A stretch of 64,000 nt of DNA from Nitrospirota bacterium. Its GTDB lineage: Bacteria > Nitrospirota > UBA9217. How positions within the stretch are numbered: the stretch's first letter is position 1; each line of letters starts with the position of its first letter. The position numbers were made by a program, and so were the translations under genes. Under the pieces are notes generated by a model. That model did not search any database. It was not told where the DNA came from and worked only from the letters and a program-made list of their open reading frames with translations. Below, one piece after another: positions 36,049 to 45,750 of this stretch. The stretch is taken from assembly GCA_963663225.1 (NCBI GenBank), contig OY760142.1, positions 2,880,001 through 2,944,000 on the forward strand, written 5' to 3'.

Positions 36049-36076
36049 ATTATAGTGAGGGATTTATGAGTGGCAA
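36049..36076 (-). promoter_or_regulatory. Sigma70-type promoter for the kinase leader
   Basis: Minus strand TTGCCA-16 bp-TATAAT. Confidence 0.5.
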
Positions 36077-36203
36077 ATGTATCACATCTTCACTGTCAAA
36101 GCAAGCAGTTTATGCAAGTATTCATAAATACGTTCATCGAAAGAAGGGAATAAATAAAAATATTCATTCTGAAGGGACATGCATTTAAGGTACCGGCTGA
36201 TTC

Positions 36204-37751
36204 TTATATTTTTAATTGTTGATTCTTTTTGGTAAAAAAAACAGCCAGGGCTTGGGCAAATGCGGGAGCAGTGTATTCATTCGGCACAATATCGACCAGC
36301 ATACCGTATTCTTCCGCTGTTCGCGCCGTGACAGGGCCGATACAGGCAATGACTACATTTTCCATAAGGGATGGATTTTCCTTATGATCGATCAGTTCCA
36401 TGAAATTGCGCACACTGGAGGAACTGGTGAATGTAACGGCGGTTATCTTTTTGTCAGCAAGAAGTTTCTTTATATTGCTTGTTTCAGCCGTAGGCTTCAT
36501 GTTTTCATATGCGGTAACGATCGTTACATCTGCACCTTGTTCTTTTAATTTCCGAGGAATCAGCTCGCGTGCTTCCTTTGCCCGAGGGAACAACACTTTT
36601 TTCCCCTTCATGGATTCTCTGCCGAACGCATCCACCAGCCCTTCTGCCCTGAAATCCGCAGGAATTAAATCCGCTTTAATGCCGTATCGTTCGAGGTTTT
36701 CCGCAGTACTGGGACCAATCGCGCAAATTTTGGCCTTCCGCAATGCACGGACATCTTTTCCAAGGTGTTTAAGTCGTTCCATGAAAAACGTCACTGTGTT
36801 CATACTGGTAAAAATAATCCAATCATACCAGCCAAGGCTGTTCAACGCGCTGTCCAGTTCTGACCAGTTGGCCGGTGGTACGATCTCAATAACGGGAAAG
36901 CTGACAACCGATGCGCCATATTCGATGAGTTTTCCGGAAAAAGTATCAGCATGGTCCTGTGACCGGGTAACAACAATAGTCGTGCCGAACAACGGCTTTG
37001 ATTCATACCAGTTCAGTTTTTGACGAAGCTTAACAACATCACCAACAACAATTATTGCCGGAGGACCAAGCTTTGCTTTTTTTACGGCGTCCGCGATATT
37101 GTTAAGCGTACCGTCCGCGACCCTTTGGTCCGGCCGGGTGCCCCATTGAATAGCGGCGACAGGTGTATCCGGGTTCATGCCGTTTGCAAGAAGATTGGAG
37201 GCAATAGCCGGAAGATTTTTCATGCCCATAAAAAAAACGATTGTCCCGGTGCTGGCCGCGAGCTTGGTCCAATCCACTTTTGATTCAGTTTTTTCAGGAT
37301 TCTCATGGCCGGTAACAAACGTCACCGTCGCATTATGGTTCCGGTGGGTAAGCGGGATGCCTGCGTAGGTGGGGACCGCCGTTGCTGCCGAAACCCCGGG
37401 AACAACCTCAAAAGGGATATGTGCATCGGCAAGCGCTTCCGCCTCTTCGCCTCCTCTGCCGAATATGAACGGATCACCGCCTTTTAATCGCGCTATGATT
37501 TTTCCCTCTTTGGCTTTGGCGACAATCAGGGCATTGATTTCATTCTGGGGAAGCGTATGCCTGCCGCTCTGCTTGCCCACATAAATGCGTTCCGCATCCG
37601 GACGTCCTTCTGCAAGAAGTTTTTCGTTTGCCAGATAATCATAAATAATGACATCTGCTTTTTGCACGCACTCCAGGCCCTTTACCGTGATCAATCCCGG
37701 ATCACCGGGCCCTGCACCGATTAAATATACTGTTCCGACGTGTTTTTTCAT
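36204..37751 (-). CDS. cobA: Uroporphyrinogen-III C-methyltransferase / uroporphyrinogen-III synthase fusion (CobA-HemD)
   Basis: GAGPGDPGLIT, RLKGGDPFIFGRGGEE; C-terminal HemD motifs FTSMN, AIGPST, FTSSSSV, CIGPVTA. Confidence 0.93.
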   Translation of the reverse strand: MKKHVGTVYLIGAGPGDPGLITVKGLECVQKADVIIYDYLANEKLLAEGRPDAERIYVGKQSGRHTLPQNEINALIVAKAKEGKIIARLKGGDPFIFGRGGEEAEALADAHIPFEVVPGVSAATAVPTYAGIPLTHRNHNATVTFVTGHENPEKTESKVDWTKLAASTGTIVFFMGMKNLPAIASNLLANGMNPDTPVAAIQWGTRPDQRVADGTLNNIADAVKKAKLGPPAIIVVGDVVKLRQKLNWYESKPLFGTTIVVTRSQDHADTFSGKLIEYGASVVSFPVIEIVPPANWSELDSALNSLGWYDWIIFTSMNTVTFFMERLKHLGKDVRALRKAKICAIGPSTAENLERYGIKADLIPADFRAEGLVDAFGRESMKGKKVLFPRAKEARELIPRKLKEQGADVTIVTAYENMKPTAETSNIKKLLADKKITAVTFTSSSSVRNFMELIDHKENPSLMENVVIACIGPVTARTAEEYGMLVDIVPNEYTAPAFAQALAVFFTKKNQQLKI

Positions 37752-37769
37752 AGCAAAAGAAGAACGTAT

Positions 37770-39452
37770 TTATTTCTTATCACGTGCAAACGGCCAGGAG
37801 AAAAGACCGCCTTCCAGCACGCGTACATTTTTGAACTTTTCGCCTTCCAGAATTCCTTCAGCTTCGTAACCACGGAGACTGATCTTGCAAAACGTTATTA
37901 TTGTATCATCTTTCTTAAGTTCATTGCAACGGTTCCTGAGTTCTCCCAGCGGTATATGCAGAATTTTTTTGCTGTCCGCCAGTCTGGCCTGTTTATATTC
38001 ATTCAACGTTCGGACATCCAGAAAAACCACTTTTTCGTCTTCCAGCAGCTTTTTTGCCTGAAGCGGAGATATTCCCTTGAACAAGCCGCTGAGTTTGTTC
38101 AACAGCACATTTGCTGCAACTGCAACATTATCTATCGGTGAATTATAAGGCGGAGCATACGACAGGTCAATATCGAACAAATCTTCTACAGTTCCTCCAA
38201 GCGTCAGGACGGATGCGATTACATCTATCCGTTTTGCAACATCGCCCTCTCCCACAACCTGGGCACCGAGAATTTTTCGTGTTTTTGCGTCGGCTATCAG
38301 CTTGATGGTAATTAATCGGGCATTCTCCATATAGTGGGGTCTGTCATGGCCTGCGGAGATCACGGATATATAATCAGAACCAAGCTCTTTTGCTTCGCGC
38401 TCGGTAATACCGGTTTTTCCGATATTTAAATCCAGAACCTTGACTATCACCGTATTCAAAACTCCCTTGAATTTCAGCTGGCCGCCGCACACGTTTTCGC
38501 CGATAATACGCCCCTGCTTGTTGGCAGTCGATCCCATAGGAGCAAATACTTTTTGGCCTGAAATGATATTGACATTTTCGACACAATCGCCGCCAGCAAA
38601 AATATTGGGATCGCTTGTTTGGAGGTTTTGGTTCACGGATATTGCTCCAGTCGTGCCTATCGATAATCCGGATGATTTCGCTAAATCCACGTTCGGCCGC
38701 ACTCCCACCGCCAAAATAACAAGGTCCGCAGGAATGGTCCTCTTATTCGTCTCGACAGCCGACACGGTTGAATCGCCGACAAATCGAACCACCTGTTCCT
38801 GCGTCAGAATACGAAGCCCGGCTTCACGCAGATAATTTTCAGCCATCCCCGCCAGTTCCGGATCGAGAAAAGCAGGGAAAATATTATCTTTCATTTCGAG
38901 CACGGTAACATTGTCCGTCCAGATTTTGAGCGCTTCCGCCATTTCCATGCCCACCAGACCGGCGCCGATTATCACCACATTATTGTATTTGCCCTTTTCC
39001 AGGTCCTGACGGATCAATTTTGCTTCATTCGGATGCCAAAAATTGAAAATATTCTGGAGATCGACATCGGGTAAAGGAGGTGTCACGGGAGAAGCGCCTG
39101 TCGCGATCACTAGCTTATCATACGGCAGAATGTCTTCGAGGCCGGTATCCAGCTTCTTGATTGAAACCGTTTTTGCCTTTCTGTCGATTCCCGTAGCAAG
39201 CGTACGGGTCAATACCGTCACGTTTTTTACCTCATGAAAATAAGCGGAGTCACGAAGTACGCCTGCCGGAGTTTTCATGAGTTCTTCGATGGAATTTACC
39301 TCTGCACTTACATAGTACGGCAGACCGCAGGCTCCATAGGATATTAGATTCCCCTTCTCCAGAACCGTGATTTCCGCATCAGGATCCGTACGCCTAGCCT
39401 TTGATGCAGCCTTTAATCCCGTAGCAACCCCGCCTATAATGACTATCTTCAT
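37770..39452 (-). CDS. CoA-disulfide / persulfide reductase with C-terminal rhodanese (Npsr/CoADR-RHD type)
   Basis: GGVATG, SYGACGLPY redox Cys, GAGLVG, GDC, YAPPYN; rhodanese DVR..HIPL..FCKISLRG. Confidence 0.88.
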   Translation of the reverse strand: MKIVIIGGVATGLKAASKARRTDPDAEITVLEKGNLISYGACGLPYYVSAEVNSIEELMKTPAGVLRDSAYFHEVKNVTVLTRTLATGIDRKAKTVSIKKLDTGLEDILPYDKLVIATGASPVTPPLPDVDLQNIFNFWHPNEAKLIRQDLEKGKYNNVVIIGAGLVGMEMAEALKIWTDNVTVLEMKDNIFPAFLDPELAGMAENYLREAGLRILTQEQVVRFVGDSTVSAVETNKRTIPADLVILAVGVRPNVDLAKSSGLSIGTTGAISVNQNLQTSDPNIFAGGDCVENVNIISGQKVFAPMGSTANKQGRIIGENVCGGQLKFKGVLNTVIVKVLDLNIGKTGITEREAKELGSDYISVISAGHDRPHYMENARLITIKLIADAKTRKILGAQVVGEGDVAKRIDVIASVLTLGGTVEDLFDIDLSYAPPYNSPIDNVAVAANVLLNKLSGLFKGISPLQAKKLLEDEKVVFLDVRTLNEYKQARLADSKKILHIPLGELRNRCNELKKDDTIITFCKISLRGYEAEGILEGEKFKNVRVLEGGLFSWPFARDKK

Positions 39453-39501
39453 GTTGATTCTCCATTATGAGAATTTTTTTATAAAATATCCGATCGGACG
39501 C

Positions 39502-39533
39502 AAAAACAGCCCCGCTCATATCGGGCGGGGCTG
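39502..39533 (-). terminator. Intrinsic terminator after dsrK2
   Basis: CAGCCCCGCCC/GAGCGGGGCTG stem followed by TTTTT on the minus strand. Confidence 0.7.
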
Positions 39534-39576
39534 AAAATTGCATCAATCATGAGCCGAACAAAGACCATACGGCATT

Positions 39577-41193
39577 TTAAAATTCATCTTCCCAGGTGAT
39601 AAATGGCTTGGGTATGTCGACCATGGCATTTACCATCAGTTCAACCAGTCCGCCGTAGATAATATTATATTTTTCTTTAAAACCGTAATAATCAATCAAT
39701 GCATCACGTGCCGCGCCTTTGCAGTTAGAACAGGGCGCGCAATAATACTTCGGGATCGAAGGATCAAGCACATCTTTAAATGCTTCCAGCACCTGCCGGG
39801 CTTTCATCCGGGACGATACGCTGTTGCGCCAATCGGGAAAGTTTTGAGAATTCATGATTGCAAAGCCGCTTCCTCCGCCGCAGCAGTAATTGCTCGTTCC
39901 TGCATGGGGCATTTCCCTGAACTGCCCCGGTGTTACAATCTTGTTCAAAATATTCCGCTGCGGAGAAATAATGCCCATCAAACGCACCATATTGCATGGA
40001 TCATGGAGCGTCACCGGAAAATTGTTTTTTGCGGGATCGAATTTAATGACACCGTTCATAACAAATTGTTCCAAAAGCGGCAGGCAGGCTTCCCGGGGAA
40101 TAGCCATATCTTTTACCAGGACACGATCGGCTATAGTGATCAGGGCCTTGGTGGAATGGCCGCATTCACCAACAATAATCTTTTTTACTCCGAGGTTCTT
40201 GGCAGCCTGGACCTGGGCTAGTGCAATGCGCGCGAACTGGACATCATCATACCAGACCCCATAGTTGACTGCCTCATATCCCATCATCTCACTCGACAGC
40301 GTCCAATTCAGCCCCGCTGCGTCAAAGAGGATGGCAAAAGCCGCCGGGTTCTCGGGCCAGGCCATGTATTCTCCTGCGTTATGAATAAGAAGTATGTCAG
40401 CCCCTTTTTTATCCACCGGTATGACAATGCGCCTTCCGATTTTCTCCTCGATCATGTCTTCGATGAATTCGATATTATCTTTGAAAGCAAGCGAAGTCAT
40501 GCCTGTTGACGATCCTGTTTTTATATGCTGAACAGTGCCGGATTTGTGGACCGGATCCGGTGCGATCCCCATTTCCTGGCTGAATATCTTGCGCAACTCC
40601 CGGGAGAGCAACGCGTTGTCTACCCCCATGGGACATACCGCCGCGCAACGGCGGCACAGGCTGCACCGATATACCAGTTCAGCAAGGCGATATACCACAC
40701 GCCAGTTGAGATCAAGATCGGCTCCTGCCCATTTGCGCAACAGTTTGCCGCTTTTCGTAAAATAGCGGCGTATAATGCGTCGCAGGACTTCTGGGCGGAA
40801 ATTGGGGCGGTAAATATCCTTGTGTCCGCTTTCCACATAAATGTGGCACGCCTCATTGCAGGTGTTGCATTGCATGCAGTATTCAGTACTCAGCGTTGTC
40901 GGCAGCAGAAAACTCCAGTTGTTTTCCTTTTGAAACAGCTTTTCAAGACCGCGCAAAAAACCGTTTACAATGGCTTCTTCCTCTTCTTTCGTCTTGGGAA
41001 TGGGAAGATTGAGCGCGGAAAAACCATCAAGTGAAAAGTCGATTTTTTCTTTTGTCTCGGGCTTTACGTCCCGGAAAGACGGCTGTTTTTCTTCACCAGG
41101 GAGCGGCCGCAAATCCTCAGGCTTCAAAGGAGATACCACAGAATCCGGAGCACCGAAATCTTTTATCTTTAGTTGATGTTTTTTATTTTTCAT
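39577..41193 (-). CDS. dsrK: DsrK/HdrD-like Fe-S, CCG-domain protein (second copy)
   Basis: CMQCNTCNEAC, CSLCRRCAAVCP, GECGH, HDPCN, CCGGGSG, PCSNCK; start ATG 41193. Confidence 0.82.
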   Translation of the reverse strand: MKNKKHQLKIKDFGAPDSVVSPLKPEDLRPLPGEEKQPSFRDVKPETKEKIDFSLDGFSALNLPIPKTKEEEEAIVNGFLRGLEKLFQKENNWSFLLPTTLSTEYCMQCNTCNEACHIYVESGHKDIYRPNFRPEVLRRIIRRYFTKSGKLLRKWAGADLDLNWRVVYRLAELVYRCSLCRRCAAVCPMGVDNALLSRELRKIFSQEMGIAPDPVHKSGTVQHIKTGSSTGMTSLAFKDNIEFIEDMIEEKIGRRIVIPVDKKGADILLIHNAGEYMAWPENPAAFAILFDAAGLNWTLSSEMMGYEAVNYGVWYDDVQFARIALAQVQAAKNLGVKKIIVGECGHSTKALITIADRVLVKDMAIPREACLPLLEQFVMNGVIKFDPAKNNFPVTLHDPCNMVRLMGIISPQRNILNKIVTPGQFREMPHAGTSNYCCGGGSGFAIMNSQNFPDWRNSVSSRMKARQVLEAFKDVLDPSIPKYYCAPCSNCKGAARDALIDYYGFKEKYNIIYGGLVELMVNAMVDIPKPFITWEDEF

Positions 41194-42127
41194 CTCGGTC
41201 TCCTTCCTTTGAAGATTCTCCGTCAACCTGTTCACCCCAGGATTTTCCCTGGCGGATATGCGGCGCGCCCCAGGTGATTTTGTATTGCAGATATGCCGCA
41301 ATATCGTTTTCCATTGCGCTGCCGCGTTTCATCATTTCATCATCCCACATGATATTATGGTAGAAGAAGTATTTTCCCACGAAATGCATCATTCTGCTGA
41401 ACGGCAGATACAAAAGAAACAGGCAAAAAGCCAGTACCTGCAGCACAATAAGCGGTTCTTGTACCATCCCCGGCCTGAGCATTATCAGCGTCGAGACATG
41501 GTGTTTGATGATTTGGAAAGAAGGATCAGCCAATCCCCATGCAAGCAGTGCAGTTCCGAACAGGGAAAACATGCAGAATAAATTGACAAAGCTGACGGTA
41601 TCCGATATGTAATGCATGTCTTCATCAAATATCCTGAGTCCAAGCAGAATCAGGCTGCCGCAGAAACCGGCGATAAAGCTTCCAGCACCCGTAATCAAGA
41701 TCGCATAGGAGACTGCAACCAACAAAGCCGAATCTGAATTTGGTGATGCAGGAATGCCCATCAAGTCAAGAATTGATCCCAGGATGAGAAGCAGAAACCA
41801 TAAAATTCCTAGATACAACCCCGCGTGCAGTGGAAACGTTCCAATCCAGACCTTGGGATTGTTGATGTATATTTTTTTCAAAAACAACATTTCCTGGCTC
41901 ATTTCCTTCATCTCATGAAGGAGTGAGACATGGGGCTGCAACGTGTAAAAATCAACTTTCTGATATTTAGACCCTTCAGGACTCTGGTGTGGTATCGGAT
42001 ACAGATCCCAACGTAAGTGCCGCGGCATGTTTAAATACTTGATAAATGTCAAAATCGTCATCACAAAAGCCAGTACTATAGCGCAGTAAACAAGCGGACC
42101 AATAATAAACCAGGCAAGAGAAAACAT
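41183..42127 (-). CDS. dsrM: DsrM/NarI-like membrane cytochrome b (second copy)
   Basis: PRHLRWDLYPIP, EMLFLK, PLHAG, YLPFSRMMHF..KYFFYH; overlaps the dsrK2 start. Confidence 0.75.
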   Translation of the reverse strand: MFSLAWFIIGPLVYCAIVLAFVMTILTFIKYLNMPRHLRWDLYPIPHQSPEGSKYQKVDFYTLQPHVSLLHEMKEMSQEMLFLKKIYINNPKVWIGTFPLHAGLYLGILWFLLLILGSILDLMGIPASPNSDSALLVAVSYAILITGAGSFIAGFCGSLILLGLRIFDEDMHYISDTVSFVNLFCMFSLFGTALLAWGLADPSFQIIKHHVSTLIMLRPGMVQEPLIVLQVLAFCLFLLYLPFSRMMHFVGKYFFYHNIMWDDEMMKRGSAMENDIAAYLQYKITWGAPHIRQGKSWGEQVDGESSKEGDRDEK

Positions 42128-42146
42128 AGAGAGCCCCCCGAATGGC

Positions 42147-42527
42147 TTACAGCATTCCCCATCCCCGCGTGTATTCCAGAACGATCTGAAAATCACGGTC
42201 GTTGAATCCTGACGATAAGAGCAGACGTTTTGCTTCGCCGGCTTCCATTTCCCGGGAAAAACCGTGGATTGCTTTTCTATCTGCATGAAAAACAAACCCA
42301 TGCGCGGTCAGCAATTCCATCATGGATATGACGCGCGCCATATGATCTGCGGTTTGTCCGGCCATCTGCCGTATCATATCCGTGGTAATAGGTTCGTTGT
42401 TTTTCTCCGGCGTCGTGAAAAGATGATCTTCCGGCAGCAGACTGATTGTTACCTGGGTCAGATGTGTTACAATCGGAGTCGTATTTTTTATGGTGTCAGA
42501 TTCATTCACGATGTCCACCCAATCCAT
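42147..42527 (-). CDS. Hypothetical protein inside the dsr cluster
   Basis: 126 aa, GAGGA-like RBS, co-oriented 19 nt upstream of dsrM2; C-terminal LEYTRGWGML. Confidence 0.65.
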   Translation of the reverse strand: MDWVDIVNESDTIKNTTPIVTHLTQVTISLLPEDHLFTTPEKNNEPITTDMIRQMAGQTADHMARVISMMELLTAHGFVFHADRKAIHGFSREMEAGEAKRLLLSSGFNDRDFQIVLEYTRGWGML

Positions 42528-42560
42528 TTCTCTGAGGAAAAAGTGTTAACAATTCTTCTT

Positions 42561-42599
42561 AAGAAAACTTTGGCCGGACATTATCATCCGGCCAAAGTT
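42561..42599 (-). terminator. Hairpin/terminator after the YeiH-family transporter
   Basis: Perfect 13-bp stem AACTTTGGCCGGA/TCCGGCCAAAGTT followed by TTCTT on the minus strand. Confidence 0.65.
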
Positions 42600-42625
42600 A
42601 TTCCATTACACGTGGCTGCAGCAAC

Positions 42626-43987
42626 TTATTTGACCGACAGCCAGTAATCCACAAATACGATATTCGAGAGCCAGTAGCCCAGCGGAACATTGATAATAAC
42701 TCCGACGGTAAACGCAGCGAGCGGCTTCCATCCAAAATGAACCAGTTCGCGGAACCGAGTTGTCAAACCAATGGCTAAAAATGTCCAGGTGAATGTCCAG
42801 CCGCGGAGGTTTTTGATAACACCCAAGGCGTCCTTTGAAAAGCCTTTTCCAATCTGAGGATCAAGCATCATAATCACAAGTGTGGTAAAAATCGATGCGA
42901 CAAAGAAACCGATGACAAATTTTGGGAACCGTCTCCATACTTCGCCGTAGTCAATTCGTTCGGCCTGGGAGAGTGTTTTCTTTTCCCACATCGTAACGGA
43001 AAGGATCGCCGCCAACAGGGCCCAGAGGCCGACAAACATATCGCGACCGACGACCTTCATCAGCGTAAAAGTTTTTACGGCCCGGTCATCGCCCGGAGCC
43101 AATTGCGCCATGGCATTGTATTGCTCGGCTGCGGCAAAACCGGCAGCATCAGCGAATTCCGATGTTCCGATCCACGCACCGGCAGGCCCGGGGGCCATCC
43201 CGATGTTCTTTGCAACCAACGGCAGTACGATGACCATAACGATGGCCCAAATAATAACCATCGAAATAGCAATGGATACATGTTCTTTTTCCGCCCTGCA
43301 GGCGCCGCCGACGGCGATGGAGCCAGAAACACCGCATATCGATCCGCCCGCGCCGAGCGTGGCTGCAAACCGCGGATCAAGCTTGAACATATGCGCGGCT
43401 GCCCAATAAATCGTGAAGAAAGTAACCACCGATACGATAGTTGCCTGCAGCATTGCCAGAGGCCCGGCAGACATGATGATGGTAAACGGCAGCGTGGCGC
43501 CCATCAACACGATGCCTGTTTTTACGTAGTATTCAGTACAGAGTGCTTCCTGAAACCATGCCGGTAATTTCATGGTATTGCTGATAATCATGCCGAGCAG
43601 CAAGGCCAACAGCGGCGTTTCGAGCTGCCAGTCTTTCATTAATTTGTTGGATCCTAAAATCGTCACGACCAGCGAGATAATGAACAGAAGCGTGAATCCG
43701 CCGAGATACCGCTTGACATTGCGGCCCATGACAGCGGCGCCGATCGCGAAGGCCACAAGGAAAAACACGAAAAGAATAAATACCCCCCCGGCCTTGCTCG
43801 AGAGGGCATCAGTCACTTTACCAAAGTTATCCGACCAGCCTGGGATGGATACTGCCATTGATTTAAAAAAACCAAAACCGCCTCCTAGGAAGGTAACGGT
43901 AATGAGCAGCGTAAGACCGAGCGCAATGATGATTGCCCACGTATCTTCCCTTTTCATGATTGGCAACTGAGATTGATGCACAGCCAT
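42626..43987 (-). CDS. YeiH/PSE-family (putative sulfate exporter) membrane transporter
   Basis: EYYVKTGIVLMGA, GGSICGVSGSIA, AGAWIGTS, KVVGRD, RFPKFVIGF, FLAIGL; AAGGAGG RBS. Confidence 0.85.
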   Translation of the reverse strand: MAVHQSQLPIMKREDTWAIIIALGLTLLITVTFLGGGFGFFKSMAVSIPGWSDNFGKVTDALSSKAGGVFILFVFFLVAFAIGAAVMGRNVKRYLGGFTLLFIISLVVTILGSNKLMKDWQLETPLLALLLGMIISNTMKLPAWFQEALCTEYYVKTGIVLMGATLPFTIIMSAGPLAMLQATIVSVVTFFTIYWAAAHMFKLDPRFAATLGAGGSICGVSGSIAVGGACRAEKEHVSIAISMVIIWAIVMVIVLPLVAKNIGMAPGPAGAWIGTSEFADAAGFAAAEQYNAMAQLAPGDDRAVKTFTLMKVVGRDMFVGLWALLAAILSVTMWEKKTLSQAERIDYGEVWRRFPKFVIGFFVASIFTTLVIMMLDPQIGKGFSKDALGVIKNLRGWTFTWTFLAIGLTTRFRELVHFGWKPLAAFTVGVIINVPLGYWLSNIVFVDYWLSVK

Positions 43988-44056
43988 AACGGAAATCCTC
44001 CTTTTATAGAGCGATTCACCATGGATTTCTCCAGGTGTGGTCATAAACTTCGTATG

Positions 44057-44374
44057 TTATACGCATCCGGTCGGTTTCGGCAGGCCTGCCAGCTTGCACG
44101 CGCCCTTAGCAGGTCCAGAAGGAAACATTTCATAAATTTCCTTCAAGGAGAAACCGGTATCTTTGCACAGCTTCCGGATCATGGGCGCAACGCCGAATTT
44201 TTTGAAATAATCCCGAAGATAATTGATCACTTTCCAGTGGTTTTCAGTCAGCTGGTTCACGTTTTCCTGTGAGGCGAAATATGTCACCATATCGTCGCTC
44301 CAGTCATCCGGATTGACCAGGAAACCATCTTCATCCAGTTCTACATTATTTCCTTTCACCTGAACAACACTCAT
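44057..44374 (-). CDS. dsrC: Sulfur carrier protein DsrC
   Basis: DEDGFL..W, HWKVI, C-terminal CKLAGLPKPTGCV with both Cys (C-X10-C). Confidence 0.95.
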   Translation of the reverse strand: MSVVQVKGNNVELDEDGFLVNPDDWSDDMVTYFASQENVNQLTENHWKVINYLRDYFKKFGVAPMIRKLCKDTGFSLKEIYEMFPSGPAKGACKLAGLPKPTGCV

Positions 44375-44412
44375 GCTATGCTCCCTCCCGTTTTGTGAAC
44401 TTTGTAGTCATT

Positions 44413-45750
44413 CTATTTTAGCACCAATGCCTTGCCGACCAGATCCATCAACCCTCCCATGGGCAAATCCTTGACGCCGTAATACTCCATAACCGTCGGA
44501 AGCTGGGCTTTGCATATGGAACAGGGAATGACGAAGTAATCAAGCTTTCCGAGCGCCAGTACCTGCTCGGCCTTCTTTTTGCCGAGCTGCATGCGGATTT
44601 CCTTCATTTCATCCATGAGAATGCCGGAACCGCCGCCGCAGCAGAAATTTTCCTCACGATTCGGCGTCATTTCGACAAACTCGTCGACAACAGCCTTCAA
44701 AATTTTGCGGGGTTGCTCGATCATGCCCCCGGCGCGGGCATAATTGCAGGGATCATGCAGCGTAACGCGGAGCGGCAGTTTTTTGAGCGGCATACGATCG
44801 ATATAATCAGCCGCGACTTCAAGAACGTGCCGGATTTCAAACGGCGCCGGGCCGTTTGCGCCCTCCGTGTACATTTTTGCCGCACGCCATCCGTGACCGC
44901 ATTCGCCCTGAATGACCAGCTTCGCGCCGAGCGTTTTCGCAGCGTCGAATAATCTTCGGTTGTGCTCTTTCATCACATGCAGGTTGAAAAGCAGACCGAA
45001 ATTTGCCGCTTCAAGGACGGATGAGGAGATTGTCCAGTTCAAACCAAGATAGTGAAACATCTTGGCGGCACCGATCATGGTATCAACGTTGGTGAAAAAA
45101 TCCGCGGACGATGGAACATAAAGCACATCTGATCCCGGCTTGTCGACGGGGATCTTGATGTCGATTCCGGTTTCTTCACGCATCTCATCCTGCATGAACT
45201 CTGCGGTGTCCACCGTTGCCGGTCCCGGGATCCCCATGTTATTGCCGCTTTTAACCATGTTCGCGGCGATCCCCTGCATAAATCTCGGCATAATTCCCAA
45301 TTCGGACAGTATATGCCGGGCTGCGATCGTTACTTCCGCCGTATCAATGCCGAACGGACAGAATACCGCGCAACGGCGGCATTCATTGCACTGATAATAA
45401 TACGTCAGCCATTTGGTCAATGTTTCTGCGTCAAAATCTTCCGCACCCGCGAACCTTCCGAACAGTTTTCCCTGGAGCGTGAAATACCGTTTATACACCC
45501 GGCGCATGAGTTCCGCCCGTGCCGCTGGAAAATTGTAATAATCCTGGGTGCCGAGATAGCTGTGGCATTGTTTTGCGCATTTGCCGCACTTTGTGCAGGT
45601 TTCGAGCATGACCATGAGGGAACGCATGCTTTTACGCACGTCGCCCAGTTTGGCGAGTGCGCGCAACTGCTGTTCCGGCTCCGGCGTCATGGGGAATCCA
45701 ATGGACGCAACTTCTTTTGCTTTTGCCAGATGCATGGGAGGTTTAAGCAT
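44413..45750 (-). CDS. dsrK: DsrK Fe-S/CCG subunit
   Basis: CTKCGKCAKQC, CNECRRCAVFCPFGID, GECGHGW, HDPCN, CCGGGSG, PCSICK; start ATG 45750. Confidence 0.88.
   Translation of the reverse strand: MLKPPMHLAKAKEVASIGFPMTPEPEQQLRALAKLGDVRKSMRSLMVMLETCTKCGKCAKQCHSYLGTQDYYNFPAARAELMRRVYKRYFTLQGKLFGRFAGAEDFDAETLTKWLTYYYQCNECRRCAVFCPFGIDTAEVTIAARHILSELGIMPRFMQGIAANMVKSGNNMGIPGPATVDTAEFMQDEMREETGIDIKIPVDKPGSDVLYVPSSADFFTNVDTMIGAAKMFHYLGLNWTISSSVLEAANFGLLFNLHVMKEHNRRLFDAAKTLGAKLVIQGECGHGWRAAKMYTEGANGPAPFEIRHVLEVAADYIDRMPLKKLPLRVTLHDPCNYARAGGMIEQPRKILKAVVDEFVEMTPNREENFCCGGGSGILMDEMKEIRMQLGKKKAEQVLALGKLDYFVIPCSICKAQLPTVMEYYGVKDLPMGGLMDLVGKALVLK

Noticed and set aside
41194-42301. N-terminal extensions of dsrK2 and dsrM2 in the ORF track (similarly rep, hpf, glmS, dsrK1)
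   Set aside because: They overlap upstream genes; downstream ATGs with RBS give family-typical N-termini
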